Source: the human T2T-CHM13v2.0 reference genome, Homo sapiens. From it: a DNA stretch of 64,000 bases. Numbering within the stretch: the first letter of the stretch is position 1; the number at the start of each line of letters is the position of its first letter. A program made the translations under genes and the position numbers. The notes below the pieces were generated by a model that saw only the letters and a list, made by a program, of their open reading frames with translations, did not search any database and was not told the DNA's origin. The stretch is from assembly GCF_009914755.1 (NCBI RefSeq), contig NC_060933.1. One strand, given 5' to 3'. Of the stretch, positions 13,499 through 28,326 are shown piece after piece.

Positions 13499-13879
13499 TG
13501 ATATGGTTTGGCTCCATGTTCCCACCCAAATCTCATCTCGAATTGTGATCCCCACGTGTTGGGAGAGGAATCTGGTGGGAGGTGATCGGATCATGGGAGC
13601 GGTTTCCCCCATGCTGTTCTCCTGAGAGTGAGTGAGTTTTCAGGAGAACTGATGGTTTAAAAGTGTGTAGCAGATCCCCATTCTCTCTGTCTCTCCTGCC
13701 ACCATGTAAGACATGCATCGCTTCCCCTTTGCCTTCCACCATGATTGTAAGTTTCCCGAGGCCTCCCCAGCCATGCTCCTGTACAGCCTAAAGAACTGTG
13801 AGTCAGTTAAACCTCTTTTCTTGATAACTTACCCAGTCTCAGGTAGTTCTCTATAGCAGTGTAAAAACAGACTAATATG
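13499..13879 (+). mobile_element. THE1D/MSTA-type (ERVL-MaLR) solo LTR
   Basis: TGATATGGTTTGGCT start, GACTAATATG end; near-TSD TTTAC/TTTAA. Confidence 0.93.
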
Positions 13880-14067
13880 TTTAACTTTGCATGCTCAGAT
13901 CATAGGAGGTGTCATTAGATGTCACTGAGTGAATGGATAGATGAATACCAACTTATCTATATATGTAACTGAACTAGCACAACTGCTACTGCTATTCACA
14001 TAAATGACCACAACTACCAAACTTACAGCTGATGTTTACTTGTTAATTATAAAACTATGATATTGTG

Positions 14068-14562
14068 CAGTGTTTCTCACAGGACGAGAAACAACTTAAG
14101 AATTTTTAAATTATGGTGACAGAATTCTACACGGACACAATGTTAAATAATGTTGGGCATGTTGGAAAAGTTATTTCTTTTCCAATTCTGTTTCAGACCT
14201 TCCAGTGATGTAAAGGAGAAAATCTCAGTCTGATGCCCTGTGATTTTAACACCTCTCTAAAACCATGCTAAATTTTTTGAACAAAGAGAGGGTAGATCTT
14301 AGGCTCAGAGACTTCAACAGAAATTAATACTTAGCTAAGATATAATAACAGTGCTTCATTCTCATTGTTTTTATTTTCATGGTTACTTTCCAATTAGAGA
14401 AAGCAATATTAGTGTTTTTATTTACTGTAGTAATATAAAGTTTTCTTGTTAAATGTATTTAAGCTAAACATTAGTCAGTTTAAAGAAACAGAAGAAAGAA
14501 ATAATATTAGAGGTAGTTTCAAATATTGCAGAAATAGTGAGGATGGCACCCAAGTGCCCTGC
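14068..14562. mobile_element. MER113-like hAT-Charlie element
   Basis: CAGTGTTTCTCA start; internal AGTCAGTTTAAAGAAA...GAGGTAG...GGATGGCAC similar to MER113. Confidence 0.6.
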
Positions 14563-15509
14563 TAGAGTGGATAGAGCTCTAGGCTTAGAAGGCAAAAGGC
14601 CTGAGGGGAATCATAAGTCTTTTGCTCTTGGGTAAGTTACTAAATTTCTTTGAGCTTTTTTTTTTTTTTTTTGAATTGGCAGAGTATGACTAGTAGTTGC
14701 AACTTTTCCTATTTAAATTTTTTGTGAAAATCAGATTAAATTATGTGCATGGAAATGCTTTGGAAATGGATAGAGAGTTACAATATTAAGATCTAAACAA
14801 CTCAGCTATGACACACTGCACCATTCCTTCCCATCCTGCATACCCAGCGTGGTTGAAATTTAATTGAGTTGAGTTGAAGATGTTCACTTGTGCCCGTGAA
14901 TTTAATCCTCCTCCTTCCCAAAATCCTGTTAAAATGACCAAAGCCATTTTTATGTAATAAAATATCACAGGAATGGTGTTATTAACCAATCAAAATACAT
15001 GAGGAATTTTTGCCAGATGTAGGACATACCAGGACCATTAAAGAAATCACTGAATTGATCGACAAGCCCACCACCCAAGAAAAATAAAGGAGACAACCAC
15101 AGGGCCAGTAACAGCATCCCCAACTCAGCCCCCACACCCTGAGCAACAGGGGCAGGAGGCCCCATTACACTGGGATGAGGACAAAAAGAAAGGGCCAACC
15201 TCAAACCCACAAATGACTTCTGGAAACTACCTTAGTCCAGGCAATCAAATTGGGGTCGGGGAGGGGCACTGGAGGGGTAGGGAGACATCACAGTCATTTC
15301 CAACCGCCAGCCCCACAGAAAGAGAATAAAAACATTAAATAAAGAAGTGATCTTTCACTTACAAACAACTGGCCCTCCAATTTAACAAAATAAAACTACA
15401 AGAATCTAAATTTTTCTTCTTTTTGCCCCTTATATCGTCATCAGGAAACTCCAACCAGGAATCTATAGAATGTATGGCCACCTCAACTTCAGATCCTGAA
15501 TGAGTTCTC

Positions 15510-15670
15510 TGAGGATTTTGAGCTCATGGGAAGCTTAATATGAGACACTAGAAGAATGGCTCTGCCCAAAAAGTCAATAGTATTTGAAGCTCTATTGCTA
15601 GGACTAGAGTGTTAAGAAGAAGGGAGGTAGACAGGTGTGATCTGCTTTGCACGGATTAAACTTTACTTGT
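15510..15670 (+). mobile_element. L3/CR1 LINE fragment
   Basis: AAGCTTAATATGAGACACTAG...CCCAAAAAGTCAATAG...GAAGGGAGGTAG resembles CR1 ORF2 C-terminal coding sequence. Confidence 0.6.
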
Positions 15671-15959
15671 GGTAATTCCTCTAACCAATTCTAAATCCAT
15701 GCATAATAAAGGCTGTTTAAAACATCATATGTCTGGAATCTCTCCCCCACCTCACCCTTCCTTCTGCCTCAGTAGTAAAAACCTGAGCCTAAGACAGGAG
15801 AGAAGAGGAGAAATTAAGGAAGTCTGAATGGGCTGAGTTAAACAGTTTTTCAGAATTTTGACGAAGAAAGATAAGAGACTAAAGTTAAAGCAGAGAAAAA
15901 AGAAAAAGACAGTAAATATAAATTTCTTACATTTTGCTGTTAGGAAATGATCCCTTTGA

Positions 15960-16269
<310 letters not shown>

Positions 16270-18633
16270 TTGAGGTTTTCAAATAATTTTATTAAATATC
16301 TAAATGTGTTCTCAATCACTTTTGGTTGTGGACAAAGACTTGGAGTGTGACATGAGCCCTCCCCGCCTTAACTGGGTCACACATACTTCAAGAGGGATAA
16401 ACTGGAGGGTGTTCAAAGCACAGTGGCTCAAGTGTGAAGCCCTGAAATGGTGTTGCATGAACAAAACCTTGAAGAAATGGGCTACTTAGCTGACAAAAGG
16501 ACAAGACTTGTGAGCAGGGGCTGAAGGAATGTATTTGTTCTACCCTAAGAGGGAGAATTGGGACAACTGGTAGAAACTGTGGCAGGGACAGAAATCTGCT
16601 CGATATTAGGAAACAATTTTTTTTAACTGAGAGTGCTGTGTGAAGCAGATTGAGCTTCCTAGGCTGGAGACAGGGATTGGAGATTACCTGTCAAAGAAAA
16701 TACCCAAATTCGGTTTGTAGAATCTCTTCAATGGGACAGTTCAAGCAAGAGGGAGCTGGGGAATGAGGCTTGGTTTAATGATTTTCCTAACAGATACAAA
16801 GATGGGGGTGATGAGAGAAAAGGAAAAAAGTAACTGAATTTTAAAAGCCCAAAGTTTTAAGGCCAATAGAGGCCCCAAGACCAATCTTCGGATGCCAAGG
16901 ACATTTTTCCTATTAGATTCATCAAAAAAGACATTCTCTTTTGCTAAACAAAAGAAGTTCCCTTCTGTTCTCTCAAAAGAAAAATAAGCAAACACTAACT
17001 ATCCTCTAACTTGTCTGTCCAATTCTCCTGCCTTGGAATATCGCCCTAGACATAGTTCTATCTCCTCTCTGATGACAAGTTATACTTTCACTGTCTCACT
17101 GTATTCTGGCCTGAGAAAGACCTGGGGTTTGCCTGGTCAGCCCAGGCTACAGCTGACAATTTGCAATGTTGCCGTGGATTAAATACAGACTCCCAGAAGA
17201 CAAATTCTCTTCTCCCAAGGGTGTCTGCCTCAGCAATTTCATCTCAAATGGAGAGTAAGACTGAACCAAACTCAGAGAATCCCCAGAGGAGGCTAAGGCC
17301 AGGAGTCAACACCAGCAGCTGAAATCCCCAGAAGAGATTGCAGACAGGAGCTGGGTCTTCTCCATCCCTGAACTAAGACTCAGGCAATAGCTGGCTGAGC
17401 GTGACTCAGAAGACATATCTGTGCCTGTGAACAAAGCCCAGGCCTTTGGGCTGCATGATCATCACATGACACTCACACTAGTGTGCCAACAGGTGAGCTG
17501 CTGTGACTAGCACATCAGATTTCTTTCCGTCCAGGCTTTCTGCAGAGTCCGCTCCTCACAGGTAAGGCAGGAAATCTGAGTAAGGCAACAGCAGCAACCG
17601 CAATGAGTCAACAATAGGATGAGTGAATATGCACATGAGGACCTATGACTGCCTTGTCCTGGGGAGGCTCAGGAGATTCACAGAAAAAGGAGAGATGGCC
17701 CCTGCCCTTAAGGAGCTCACAGTCCATTGGGAAAACAGTCACATGATCTCATCCTGGTAACATAACGGGGGGACACCCTCATAGAGGTGAGACCTTTGAG
17801 GGAGCACAGATAAGGGAGTGATGGATTATCCCTGGGTAGCTCTCCTGGGCATTATATCATCCGAGCAAGAAAACGTGTAGTAAGGAGAGGAAAAAAAAAA
17901 AAAAAAAAAAAACATGAGAAAATGCACAAAGGCAAGACATTTGCTTCAGCTATTTGCGGTAATAGTTTGAGTTTCATTTATTATAGAATTAAATACAAAT
18001 GAAACTTCTGTAGATGATGGCCCCAATACTAAAAGTGTTTTGGTAGGTAGAATCAATGCCTTCCACTGATGGGACACCAGTGAACACTGATTGGTATCCC
18101 AGAAACAGATGTAAATTTCTATCCCAGAATGTAAAGTCTATCCCAGAAATAGACTCCAGAGCAAATTACATATATCTATCATGTCAATAAACATACACAA
18201 GGAATAGTAAATAAGGAAGGAAAAAGAAGGCTTCTTTTGGTTACAGAGTATTCAATTTAAAAAAGTGTCTGCCAAGCACAGACTTCCACTATGGGGGCAG
18301 AGCAGTAAAAATGACGGCACTGAAGGGCAGTGACTGGGAAAATGCTGGAAATGTGAATAGGTCAGGTCGTTAAACATGGACATAACTTCTTTCACTCTCT
18401 ATAGGAACACTGAGTAAATACATGAGAGGTGAATTTCCATCAGAATTCAGCTGCCTCAGCCCTGACCAATGACCAATTTAGATGAAGATGTTTGACAAGA
18501 CATAGTGGATCATGCTTCTAGTGACAGATCTGCAGGCTTTTGTCCAGGATAAACACCTTCAGCAAAACCATCCTTTCCTGACCTCCCAGGAGACTGTGGG
18601 ATGCCTACTGAATGGAGCTACCTGCATGACCTA

Positions 18634-19127
<494 letters not shown>

Positions 19128-19499
19128 TCATTTTTGAAAGCTATTTGAGGATAGTTATCTCTCTCAGATCAAAAGAGGTGGTTTTGGAGTAACAGAAAGT
19201 GCAGTAAGTAGGTCAAAGGGTTGTTTGTTTGTTTGTTTGTTTTAAAAAGCTGGGTTTACCTTACAGCCTCTAAATTTTCATCCTGAGCAGGTCACTCTGC
19301 CTCTCTGGGTCCATTTCCCAAGATGATCTTCTCATTTACCACACTTTTTTTTTTTGAGAGACTATGACTTCCAGGCTGGTTGATAGATTCAATCTTAAGA
19401 TTCAGATAAAAATTTCATTCATTCATTTACTCAATAAATATATTGAACTCCTATTATGTATCAATAATTGTCCCAGACATTGTTTCAGATTTAATGAGT

Positions 19500-19800
19500 T
19501 TCCTCATTCTTTGCTCCAAAGAGAACTTGAGGCAGCTTGAAATAATAGTTCAGTACAATAAATACCAATTTTGAGAAAAATAAACTGAAATCAGGCATCA
19601 TATAACCACATATGTGTAACATAAGGTCCTTCTTAGTTATTTGCTAGAGATAGGCCACTAGTTATTTGCTAGAGGAGACTAATTGTCTCTGAGCTTGCTA
19701 GCAGCCAATGCAAAGAGGGAGACACTATCTATTTCATAATTTTCTGGGTCTAAAAGATACAAATAGCATCTAAGCTATTTCTGATACTGAGATCGAATAT
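19500..19800. mobile_element. L4 (RTE-X)-like LINE fragment
   Basis: CTTGAGGCAGCTT and CTCTGAGCTTGCTAGCAGCCAATGCAAAGAGGG motifs; internal 16-bp direct repeat TAGTTATTTGCTAGAG at 19634 and 19659. Confidence 0.5.
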
Positions 19801-21100
19801 TTAATGTCAGTTTGTCATAAATACATCAAGCTACAGAAACCTTAATTCAGCAAACATTCACTCACATCTACTCTTGTGCCAGGTATTATAATGAGTGAGA
19901 TGAGTAAAATCTAGTCTGTGCTCTTCAAGTTTTTCATGTTCAAAAACTGCAGATCAGGACTCGTAGACCGTCACTGTCAATTCCTCCCCATTCCTGAAGA
20001 TGCCCCATCAACCCACCATGATGTTCTGAGGCAACCTTCTAGAAATCTTCCTAGCTTAGGGAAAATTCCAGCAGTGTGTTGAAGCTGGGCATACAGAGAT
20101 GGGGAGATGAGGGCAGGAATGGGGTGTTCTCTGTGGTTAGGAGACACAATGTCCCGTCTCCACCCATTGCAGCTCTAGAATGTGTATCTAGAACACAGCA
20201 CATGGAATTTGCGGATGTTTTTTAAAGTCTTTATCATCAACAAAAAATCTGCTTTGCAATGCTTTAAAATGCCACCATTGGCAAATGAGAATCATCTGAC
20301 CTGAAAGAAGCTGAAGGCCCCCTCTGTCCTGTCTAGAGGGCTGTGCTAATGCCAGGCCAAGGTAACCCATTTCTCCCCAGAACAGCCAGATTGCTCCTGG
20401 GTACACAGAAGTTGACTAAGAAAATATACTGCCCTTCAAAGGATCTGCTCTACAGATCTTTGAAGGCACCAATTTTATTGTCCTCATTGTCCCAAGAAAG
20501 CATCCCATCAAAACCCATTAAACAAAAGTGAGTCATGAAGCAGACGAGTGACTTACTCAAGGCCATACAAGGCAGAGTAGGAACTCGACTGCAGAAACAC
20601 TCCACAACATGCCTAGACCCTATTTGGGATTTTAAATCTCAGCTCTGTTGGGACTGTGGCTTCCTGAGTATAGAGACCATGTCTTCATGTCTCGTTCATT
20701 TCTGCAGCCTCAGTGGCCTATCCTATGCCTGGAACAACATTAGGAGGTCACACTGTGCTGTTTGCATTCGGTTCTTACAACCCAGGGGTGGATGGACTCT
20801 ATCTAGCACAGACTATCAATGCTGGAAGCACACTGGAGCACCTGGGAAATGTTAACAAAACATGGATATGTGGGCCCCACCCTGAACCAAGTGAATCAGA
20901 ACTGCTGATCTAGCTCTTAAAGTACCAAAGCATGGCCATCTTGCCTCGGGCTGAAGCCCAAAGTCACAACAGATCTCCAAATGCATTGTTCTTTGAAGGT
21001 TAATTCCATTGGGATGTCCTTGCCAAGGCTTTCCCCATGGTAATCCCAGAATATTCTTCAAAAACCAAGGGCAGGAACCTATTCCCTGTTACTGTTCATA

Positions 21101-21119
21101 CACTGCCATCTAGTGGTTG
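21101..21119 (-). promoter_or_regulatory. CTCF binding motif
   Basis: Minus strand CAACCACTAGATGGCAGTG matches the CCACYAGRKGGCAG core. Confidence 0.7.
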
Positions 21120-21792
21120 CTGTGGCTCTTCCGGGGGAGTGTCATAAAGACATAGTTGTGCCCAGCTGTAGCTGAGAGATTTCCTTGTGTGCCAGAACCC
21201 CAAGCCATTTTATTATTTGGATGTTCTTTCCTTGCAGAATGTCCCATGATTTCATCTCTTAGGGTATCTACAAGTCTTTGATTTTATTTGGATAGACAGT
21301 CCAGGGTGGAAGTGGAACCAGGCCCAAACTGAGAATCAGCAACCTGTATGTGGGCCCTGTGTGTGAGCTCAGCAATGTGCCAGTCATCAGACCCTGGACA
21401 TGTCATTTAATTTCCTGTGCTTCAGTTTACTCATTTGAAAGATGAGGAGAATAACCCAGCCCTCTACATTACCAGAAAGTTTTTATATCAATGAGATCAC
21501 TAATGTGTGAATTAGCACATTTGTCACAAACATCCACGATCATGAAAATAAACAAACACACACACACATATTCCTTGTTATGCGGGTCATGACACACGTG
21601 GTACATGGACAATGAAAAATAATTCACTGATTAAATACATGGAAGCTAATTTTGTGATTTTGAGTCCTATGATCATGAAGATGACAAAACTACCTTTCAA
21701 ATGTGTGGCTTCGACTTTCTAACGGAATGGATAGAATTCACATCCCACTGAAAAGAGTTCTAGGTCCACTGGATTAACTGAAAGGTCACTAA

Positions 21793-22141
<349 letters not shown>

Positions 22142-22539
22142 TCCTCAATTTAAAGAGGCTGTTAGGAGAAGAAGACCTGTTGGTGGATTCTAACTCCTTG
22201 TGGAGATTCCAACCAGGAAACCTCCTGGTGCAGTCTCCATCCCGGGAAGACCAGGGGAGGTGGCGGGAAGCAAGTCAGGAAGTTGCAAAGAGAGAAGCCT
22301 CCTAGGAGCTTTCTACCTGGGGAAGTGCTGTATGCAGGTTCTACCTGGGGAGAGGGTGTCTTAATAAGGGGCATCTCAGAAGAGTCTTGCAATTTGAAGC
22401 CCACACAGACTCAAATCTATTCATTGGTGGGGGGTGTAATTTTCCATCTTTTGCCAATTGCACTTTTTAAAGAGCTAAGGGTCAGCTTACAGAAACTAAA
22501 AGATAGGACTTTAAAATTTATTTTAATGCTTTAGTCAGA

Positions 22540-22722
22540 ACAGCAGCAAGTCTCCTACTCTGGTATGTGTAAGAATCACCTGGGAAGCTACTTTCAAATG
22601 GGCCCCAAGCAAAGATCCTGACTGCAGTGCTTTGGATGGAGCCCAGGATTTTTAATTTTTAATAGACACTTCCAGGTGATTTCATTCCAGGTGCTCCACA
22701 GATGGCACATTAAGAATCCTTG
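22540..22722. mobile_element. MER5-like hAT-Charlie MITE
   Basis: AGAATCACCTGGGAAGCT...GGAGCCCAGGA...CCAGGTGATT. Confidence 0.6.
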
Positions 22723-23416
22723 TTAAGAAATCTGATTTCTCCTAGGCTTTAGATGCTATAAAGCCACCAATTTTTATCCAGTGGAGTGGGACAAGATGTC
22801 TACTGAGATAGGTTAAAGCTCAGAATGGGGAGCAAATTCCCCTAAACACATGGTCTGGGAGGAAATCCAGTTCAGCAAAGCAGAGAAGCCAACAGTCTTG
22901 GCATCAGACAGTAGGTGGAGGTCAGGATCAAAAGACATAACGCAGCAGGTCAGAGGGCATGGCCAAGGTAGGCATGACAAGCATGGGGTGTTAGACGTCA
23001 CAATTTCTCTGATTCTCACTGCAGGAAGGGAGGTTTCTATTGTCTCTATTTTATCACTAGGGCAGAGGAAGTCTATTGTTTACCCCTCACTGTATCTATC
23101 ATACCATCACCTAAAGAATGCTGTGGTAGTTTCCAGGGCCCCCTCAGCAGGACATCGGGGCCTTTACACATGCTCTTTCCTTAACTATGCCCTCTCTAGT
23201 CTCTTCCCCCATCTTTCTCCCCTGTCTGGGGGACTCATGGCTAAAGACTGAACTCAAACATCTCTTTTCTTGCAAGACCCAAAATCAGAACGAATTATTG
23301 TTGAGATTTTGAAGCACTTATTTAACAATAACTCATCCCCAGACATGAGCTAGGCATGTTGCAAAGGTATCTCACGTGACACAAAGATTGCACAGCTAGG
23401 AATTAATATCTAGAAC

Positions 23417-23616
23417 AGGGATCAGTACACTATGTCCCCCAGGCCAACCGGATGATCACCTGTTTCTGTAAATAAAGTCTTTTTGGAATACAGCCATGCA
23501 CATTTGTTTACATACTGTCTTTGGCCTTGGCAGGGTTAAGTAGTTACAGAAACTATACAGCTTCCAAAGCTGAATATTTACGATCTGGCTCTTTACATGA
23601 AAAGTTTGCTGACTAT
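23417..23616 (-). mobile_element. MER58A-like MITE
   Basis: CAGGGATCAG start; GTAAATAAAG..TTTTGGAATACAGCCATGC; AAAGTTTGCTGAC end. Confidence 0.8.
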
Positions 23617-24099
23617 AGTTTAGGAAGATGGATGACATATCTAAGATAATCCAGTGGGCATTCTGAATCTCTCCTAAATGAATAATTTGAATCCAGGACT
23701 CTCTGACTTCTGAACTAATGCACAATCATGTTTTCCCTCTTTCTACCATTGGCATCTTGCTTGTAAGTCATTTAAAGCATTTGTCATCACTGTGCTCATA
23801 TAGACGCCATTTACTTATTCAACCAATTTTTACTGAGCTCCTACAAATAAGATAGGGCTCATACCCTCCAGGATCTAACTACTGGAGCAATGACCTTCAA
23901 ACTTTTCAGATTATTAACCCCGATCAGTAAAACAACTTTTGAGCACACAACCACAGTATAGGCATATTTATTAGTCACCAAATATACATGTTTACTATTG
24001 TAACAACATATTAGGCACATTAAAAAATATTCATGTAATTGAGATGAGAGTTCTATCCTATTCTTCCAACATCCAATTTTGGAAACCACTAGACTAGAG

Positions 24100-24580
24100 G
24101 ATTTATAGGATGTGGTGGAAGGTGCTAAGGAGAAAGGTGAACATGGCACCTCTGAGACTTAGAGAGAAGAGAGGAATCAAATGTGGGAAGGGCTGTGAGA
24201 GGAAGTTTCACAGGAGGGGCATTTGACCTGAGTCTTTGGAGATGAGCAGGCGATGATCAGGCAAAAAAAAAAAAAAAAAAGGCGTGTGGAAGGGCATTCT
24301 AAACAGGGGAACCAGCTTGTCCAAGACACAGAGGTGAAAGTGTGCTGTCTTCAGATAATGGGGCTTTGGTGTCTATAAAAGGAGGCTAGAGGAAGATGAA
24401 CTGGGTCAATGGGACTAGAACCAGTCTCTGCACAGCAGGGCCACGTGTTCCAGACTAAATCTGAAGTTTCTCCTGAAAGCAAAGAAGAGATATTTAAGAA
24501 GAGGATTGGCATTATGATGTTAGAGATCTCTCTGGAAACTGGGCGAAGGAAGGATTAGAGAGACTGCCAGCAGAAAGGTT
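24100..24580 (-). mobile_element. L2 fragment
   Basis: Purine-rich antisense L2 (GGCATTCTAAACAGGGGAACCAGCTTG..AAG). Confidence 0.6.
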
Positions 24581-25652
24581 AGTCCACAGCATTTCAGAAT
24601 TTATTGAACCCAGGTTTGTTCCATTTCTATAATCAGGGCTTTCTTTTAATTGAGCACTCCATCAAAGTAATGGTGGTCATGTTCATCTTACTACTCTCCC
24701 CTTCTGCACCCAGCATTGAGCTGATAAATAGAAGCTAACGACTATTGGTTGGATCATATTGAAATGACACTTTGTCACATTTGCAAGAATGAGACTTCCC
24801 AGGGTGAGATCTTTGCTGCCTCTGTAAAACCACCATGGCCCCAGGTCTGTGCCTGAGATGGGGAGATAAAAGGACTTGAGGAGGCATGACTCCACACTAT
24901 AGGAGCACCGGCCACACAGAAGGCCAGCAGCTGGGCTGACTCGGCACCTGGAGAAACTGCTGAGGATGTGTGTTAGACCAGCCTGGCCAAGTCCTCATCC
25001 CGGGCTGTGACTCACTGAATCAGTGGATGATGGTCTTGCCCTGGGCAGTATTGGGAGGCCAGCTGCTGACTAGGGCTCTATTGTGAGGCAACTGGTCTGG
25101 CACATGTGTAAAGACTGATGTTGGGTGCCTCCTGCCAGGGAAGTCAGAAGGAGCCCCCAGCAGCTCTGTGCTGTCAGAAGCAGAAAATCAGATGTCCACA
25201 TCCTCACCCTCCTTGTCTTTCTAGCTGAGCACTGAAGAGCAGAGTTTGCCAAGGGCCACAGAAAATGAGCTGCTCTAGTAGGAGACATCAGGCTTGAACT
25301 AAAAACCACCCCAACAGCTTGATCTAAGAGTACCATTCGGGGACAAAAGGAAACCTGAGAGTAAAAAGAGAAAGCAAGCAAACAAACAATATAACCACAT
25401 ATGCATAACCCTAGATAATCCACCTCCAAGGTTCACAGAAAGCTAGCCGGTAGTGTAGTAAAAACAAGAGTAAGGTTTTGCAGAGGAAATCCTTCACATA
25501 CTAGACACCAGGAATATGATTTCACATACAGTTTAATATAATTCATCATATTAATAGATCAAAAAAGAAAAATCATGTGCTCATCCCTATAAACACTGGA
25601 GAGGTGTTTGGAAAATCCAAAACCCAAGAAAACTATTTTTAAAATAAGAATA

Positions 25653-25959
25653 TGCCAGGTGTGGTGGTACATGCCTGTAATCACTTTGGGAGGCGGAAAC
25701 ACGCAGATCACTTGAGCTCAGGAGTTCAAGACCAGCCTCAACAACATGGTAAAACCCAACGTCTACAAAAAATACAAAAATTAGCCAGGTGTGGTAGTAC
25801 GTATCTGTAGTCCCAGCTACTCAGGTGGCTGAGGTGAGAGGATCACTTGAGTCCAGGAATGGAGGCCGCAGTGAGCTGTGATCACACCACCACACTCCAG
25901 CCTGGGTAATAGAGCGAGACTTAGTCTCAAAAAAACAACAAAAAATAAATAAATAAAAA
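25653..25959 (+). mobile_element. AluJb-like
   Basis: GATCACTTGAGCTCAGGAG and GGATCACTTGAGTCCAGG AluJ-type positions; A-tail. Confidence 0.93.
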
Positions 25960-27046
25960 TGCATACTTATTCAATGGTACAAAGGCTATATCCCAACCTA
26001 AAATGCAGCATCATACTTTTCAGGAAAACAGAAGAAGCATTTCCATCAATGTCAGAAATAGGACAAGGTAGTTCTTTACCACCATTAGTATTTACACTTA
26101 TTTTGGAGCTATTTGCCAGCACAATAGCTAAGATATAGAAATAATAGATGTTAAGAAATAAAAAAGAGGCAATAAATTCATTAACACTTGCAGATAATAT
26201 CACTATTTGCTTAGACAATCCAAGGTAAACAATAAGCTTAAACCTCAGGATTTATAAATTCTTGAGTTTTTGGCGGTGGCATCAGAGAAATGAAAATAAT
26301 CAAAAATATTTCCCCTGGAAAACATCGTGAACTCTCCCTGTTGATATTAAATGCACTAATCATGCCAAAGCGAATAGCATTGAAACAGAAATTTCAGTCT
26401 CAACACCACCATGACGTTTCATGTAAGCACCAAAGAAATACCCCTCCCCACAAAAAGAAAAGAAAATTCAAGAAAAGCAATTGACAAATGTTTAGAAACG
26501 ATGTGAAAATTCTTCAGGTGGATGAATACAAAATTAATATACTGAAACCAATGACTTTCATATATGCAAACAAGAGCCAATTAGAAAATCTAATAAAAGG
26601 AAAACCCCATGTATGATACAAAAACAAGATAAAAGACCTAGCAATAGACAAGGTCAACATGAGGAAAACAGACCTACATGATCTACATACAAAAAATGTT
26701 TAAATGCTACTCAGAAAAAGAGAAAGCAAGCAGAAGGCATGCTATGCTGTTCAATAAGAACACTTGATATCACTTTTTAAAAATCAGTTATCTTAAATCA
26801 ACCTACAAATTTGGTACATTTTCAATAAAAAATAACAATGGGATTTTTTTTTTTTAACCAGACAAGAATATTCTAAAATTTACATAGGAAATAAATAAGA
26901 GTAATACAAAAAATGTCTGGGGGCAGGGGAGAAAAGAGTAATGAGTAGGACCAGCCTTACCAGGTATTTAATGTTTTAAAATCTATTAAAAATTAAAATA
27001 ATGTGAGATAGTCTCAAGAACAGGTTGATCAATAGAATGGAGAGGA

Positions 27047-27415
<369 letters not shown>

Positions 27416-28240
27416 TCAGTGGGTTGGAGAAGAATTTTTTGATAAATGATGTTTTCCCAACTAGGAAGGCATCTGGAAAGAAAAATAAAGTTGGATCCAT
27501 ACCTCACATCTTCCATGAAGATAAATTCTAGGTGTGTCAAAGATTTAAACATGAAAGAATAACATTTAAAAATGTTAGAACAAAGAAGAATCATTTTTTA
27601 CATTTTCAAAGTAGGGAAGGCAGTCATTCTAACTATGACAGAAAACACAAACAAAAACAACAAAAAACTAATATGTGAGACTACATAAAAATTGCTACAT
27701 CTGCCTTTTTTAAGTCAAAATAAAAGCAATCTGGGGAAAATCCTTGCAATACATATCATAGGTAAATGACTAACTTTTTTGAATTTACAAAAGAGCACCT
27801 ACAAATCATTAAGAAAGAATGTAAACAGATAGTTCTTGAAATAAAATGCAAATGCTTCCCAAGCCATTGATAAGGGTGTCTCAGTATCACTGATACTTAG
27901 GGAAATGCAAATTAAAATCAAAATGAGATATCATTTATCACCTACCATTTTGGCAAAGTTCAAAATATTTGGTAACATATTGCATAGGCCAGGATGTGGG
28001 AAAAGAAGCATCCCTGACATGTCTGCTGGGACTGGGGATCGCCAAAACACCCATGAAGAGCAATGTGGCACTATCCATCAAAATGTTAAAAACACGTGTC
28101 CTTTGATCCAGCAATTCTGCTTCTAAGACTTTATTCTACTTGTTTGAAATGAGAAGTGTTCAAATATTTTCACTGCAACAGCCTTTGTACAACTTTTTGG
28201 AAACAGTACTTACATAAAGCAGTCTATGGGGACTGCTTAA

Positions 28241-28326
28241 TTAAATTATAATGTATCCATATGTTATTTAAAAATAATATATCCATATGTTATTAAATTA
28301 TAACGTATCCATATGTTATTTAAAAA
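28241..28326 (+). repeat. ~27-bp imperfect tandem triplication
   Basis: TATCCATATGTTATT core x3. Confidence 0.85.

Larger units (their letters stand above)
12870..13950 (+). mobile_element. L2 3' region, interrupted by a non-L2 patch and a MaLR LTR
   Basis: CCAGAGGGACCTCTCTAAAATGCACATCTGATCATG core and TGAGTGAATGGATAGATGAAT terminus. Confidence 0.7.

Noticed and set aside
22693-22708. CTCF-like CCACAGATGGCAC
   Set aside because: One base short of the core spacing and lies inside a MER5-like element.
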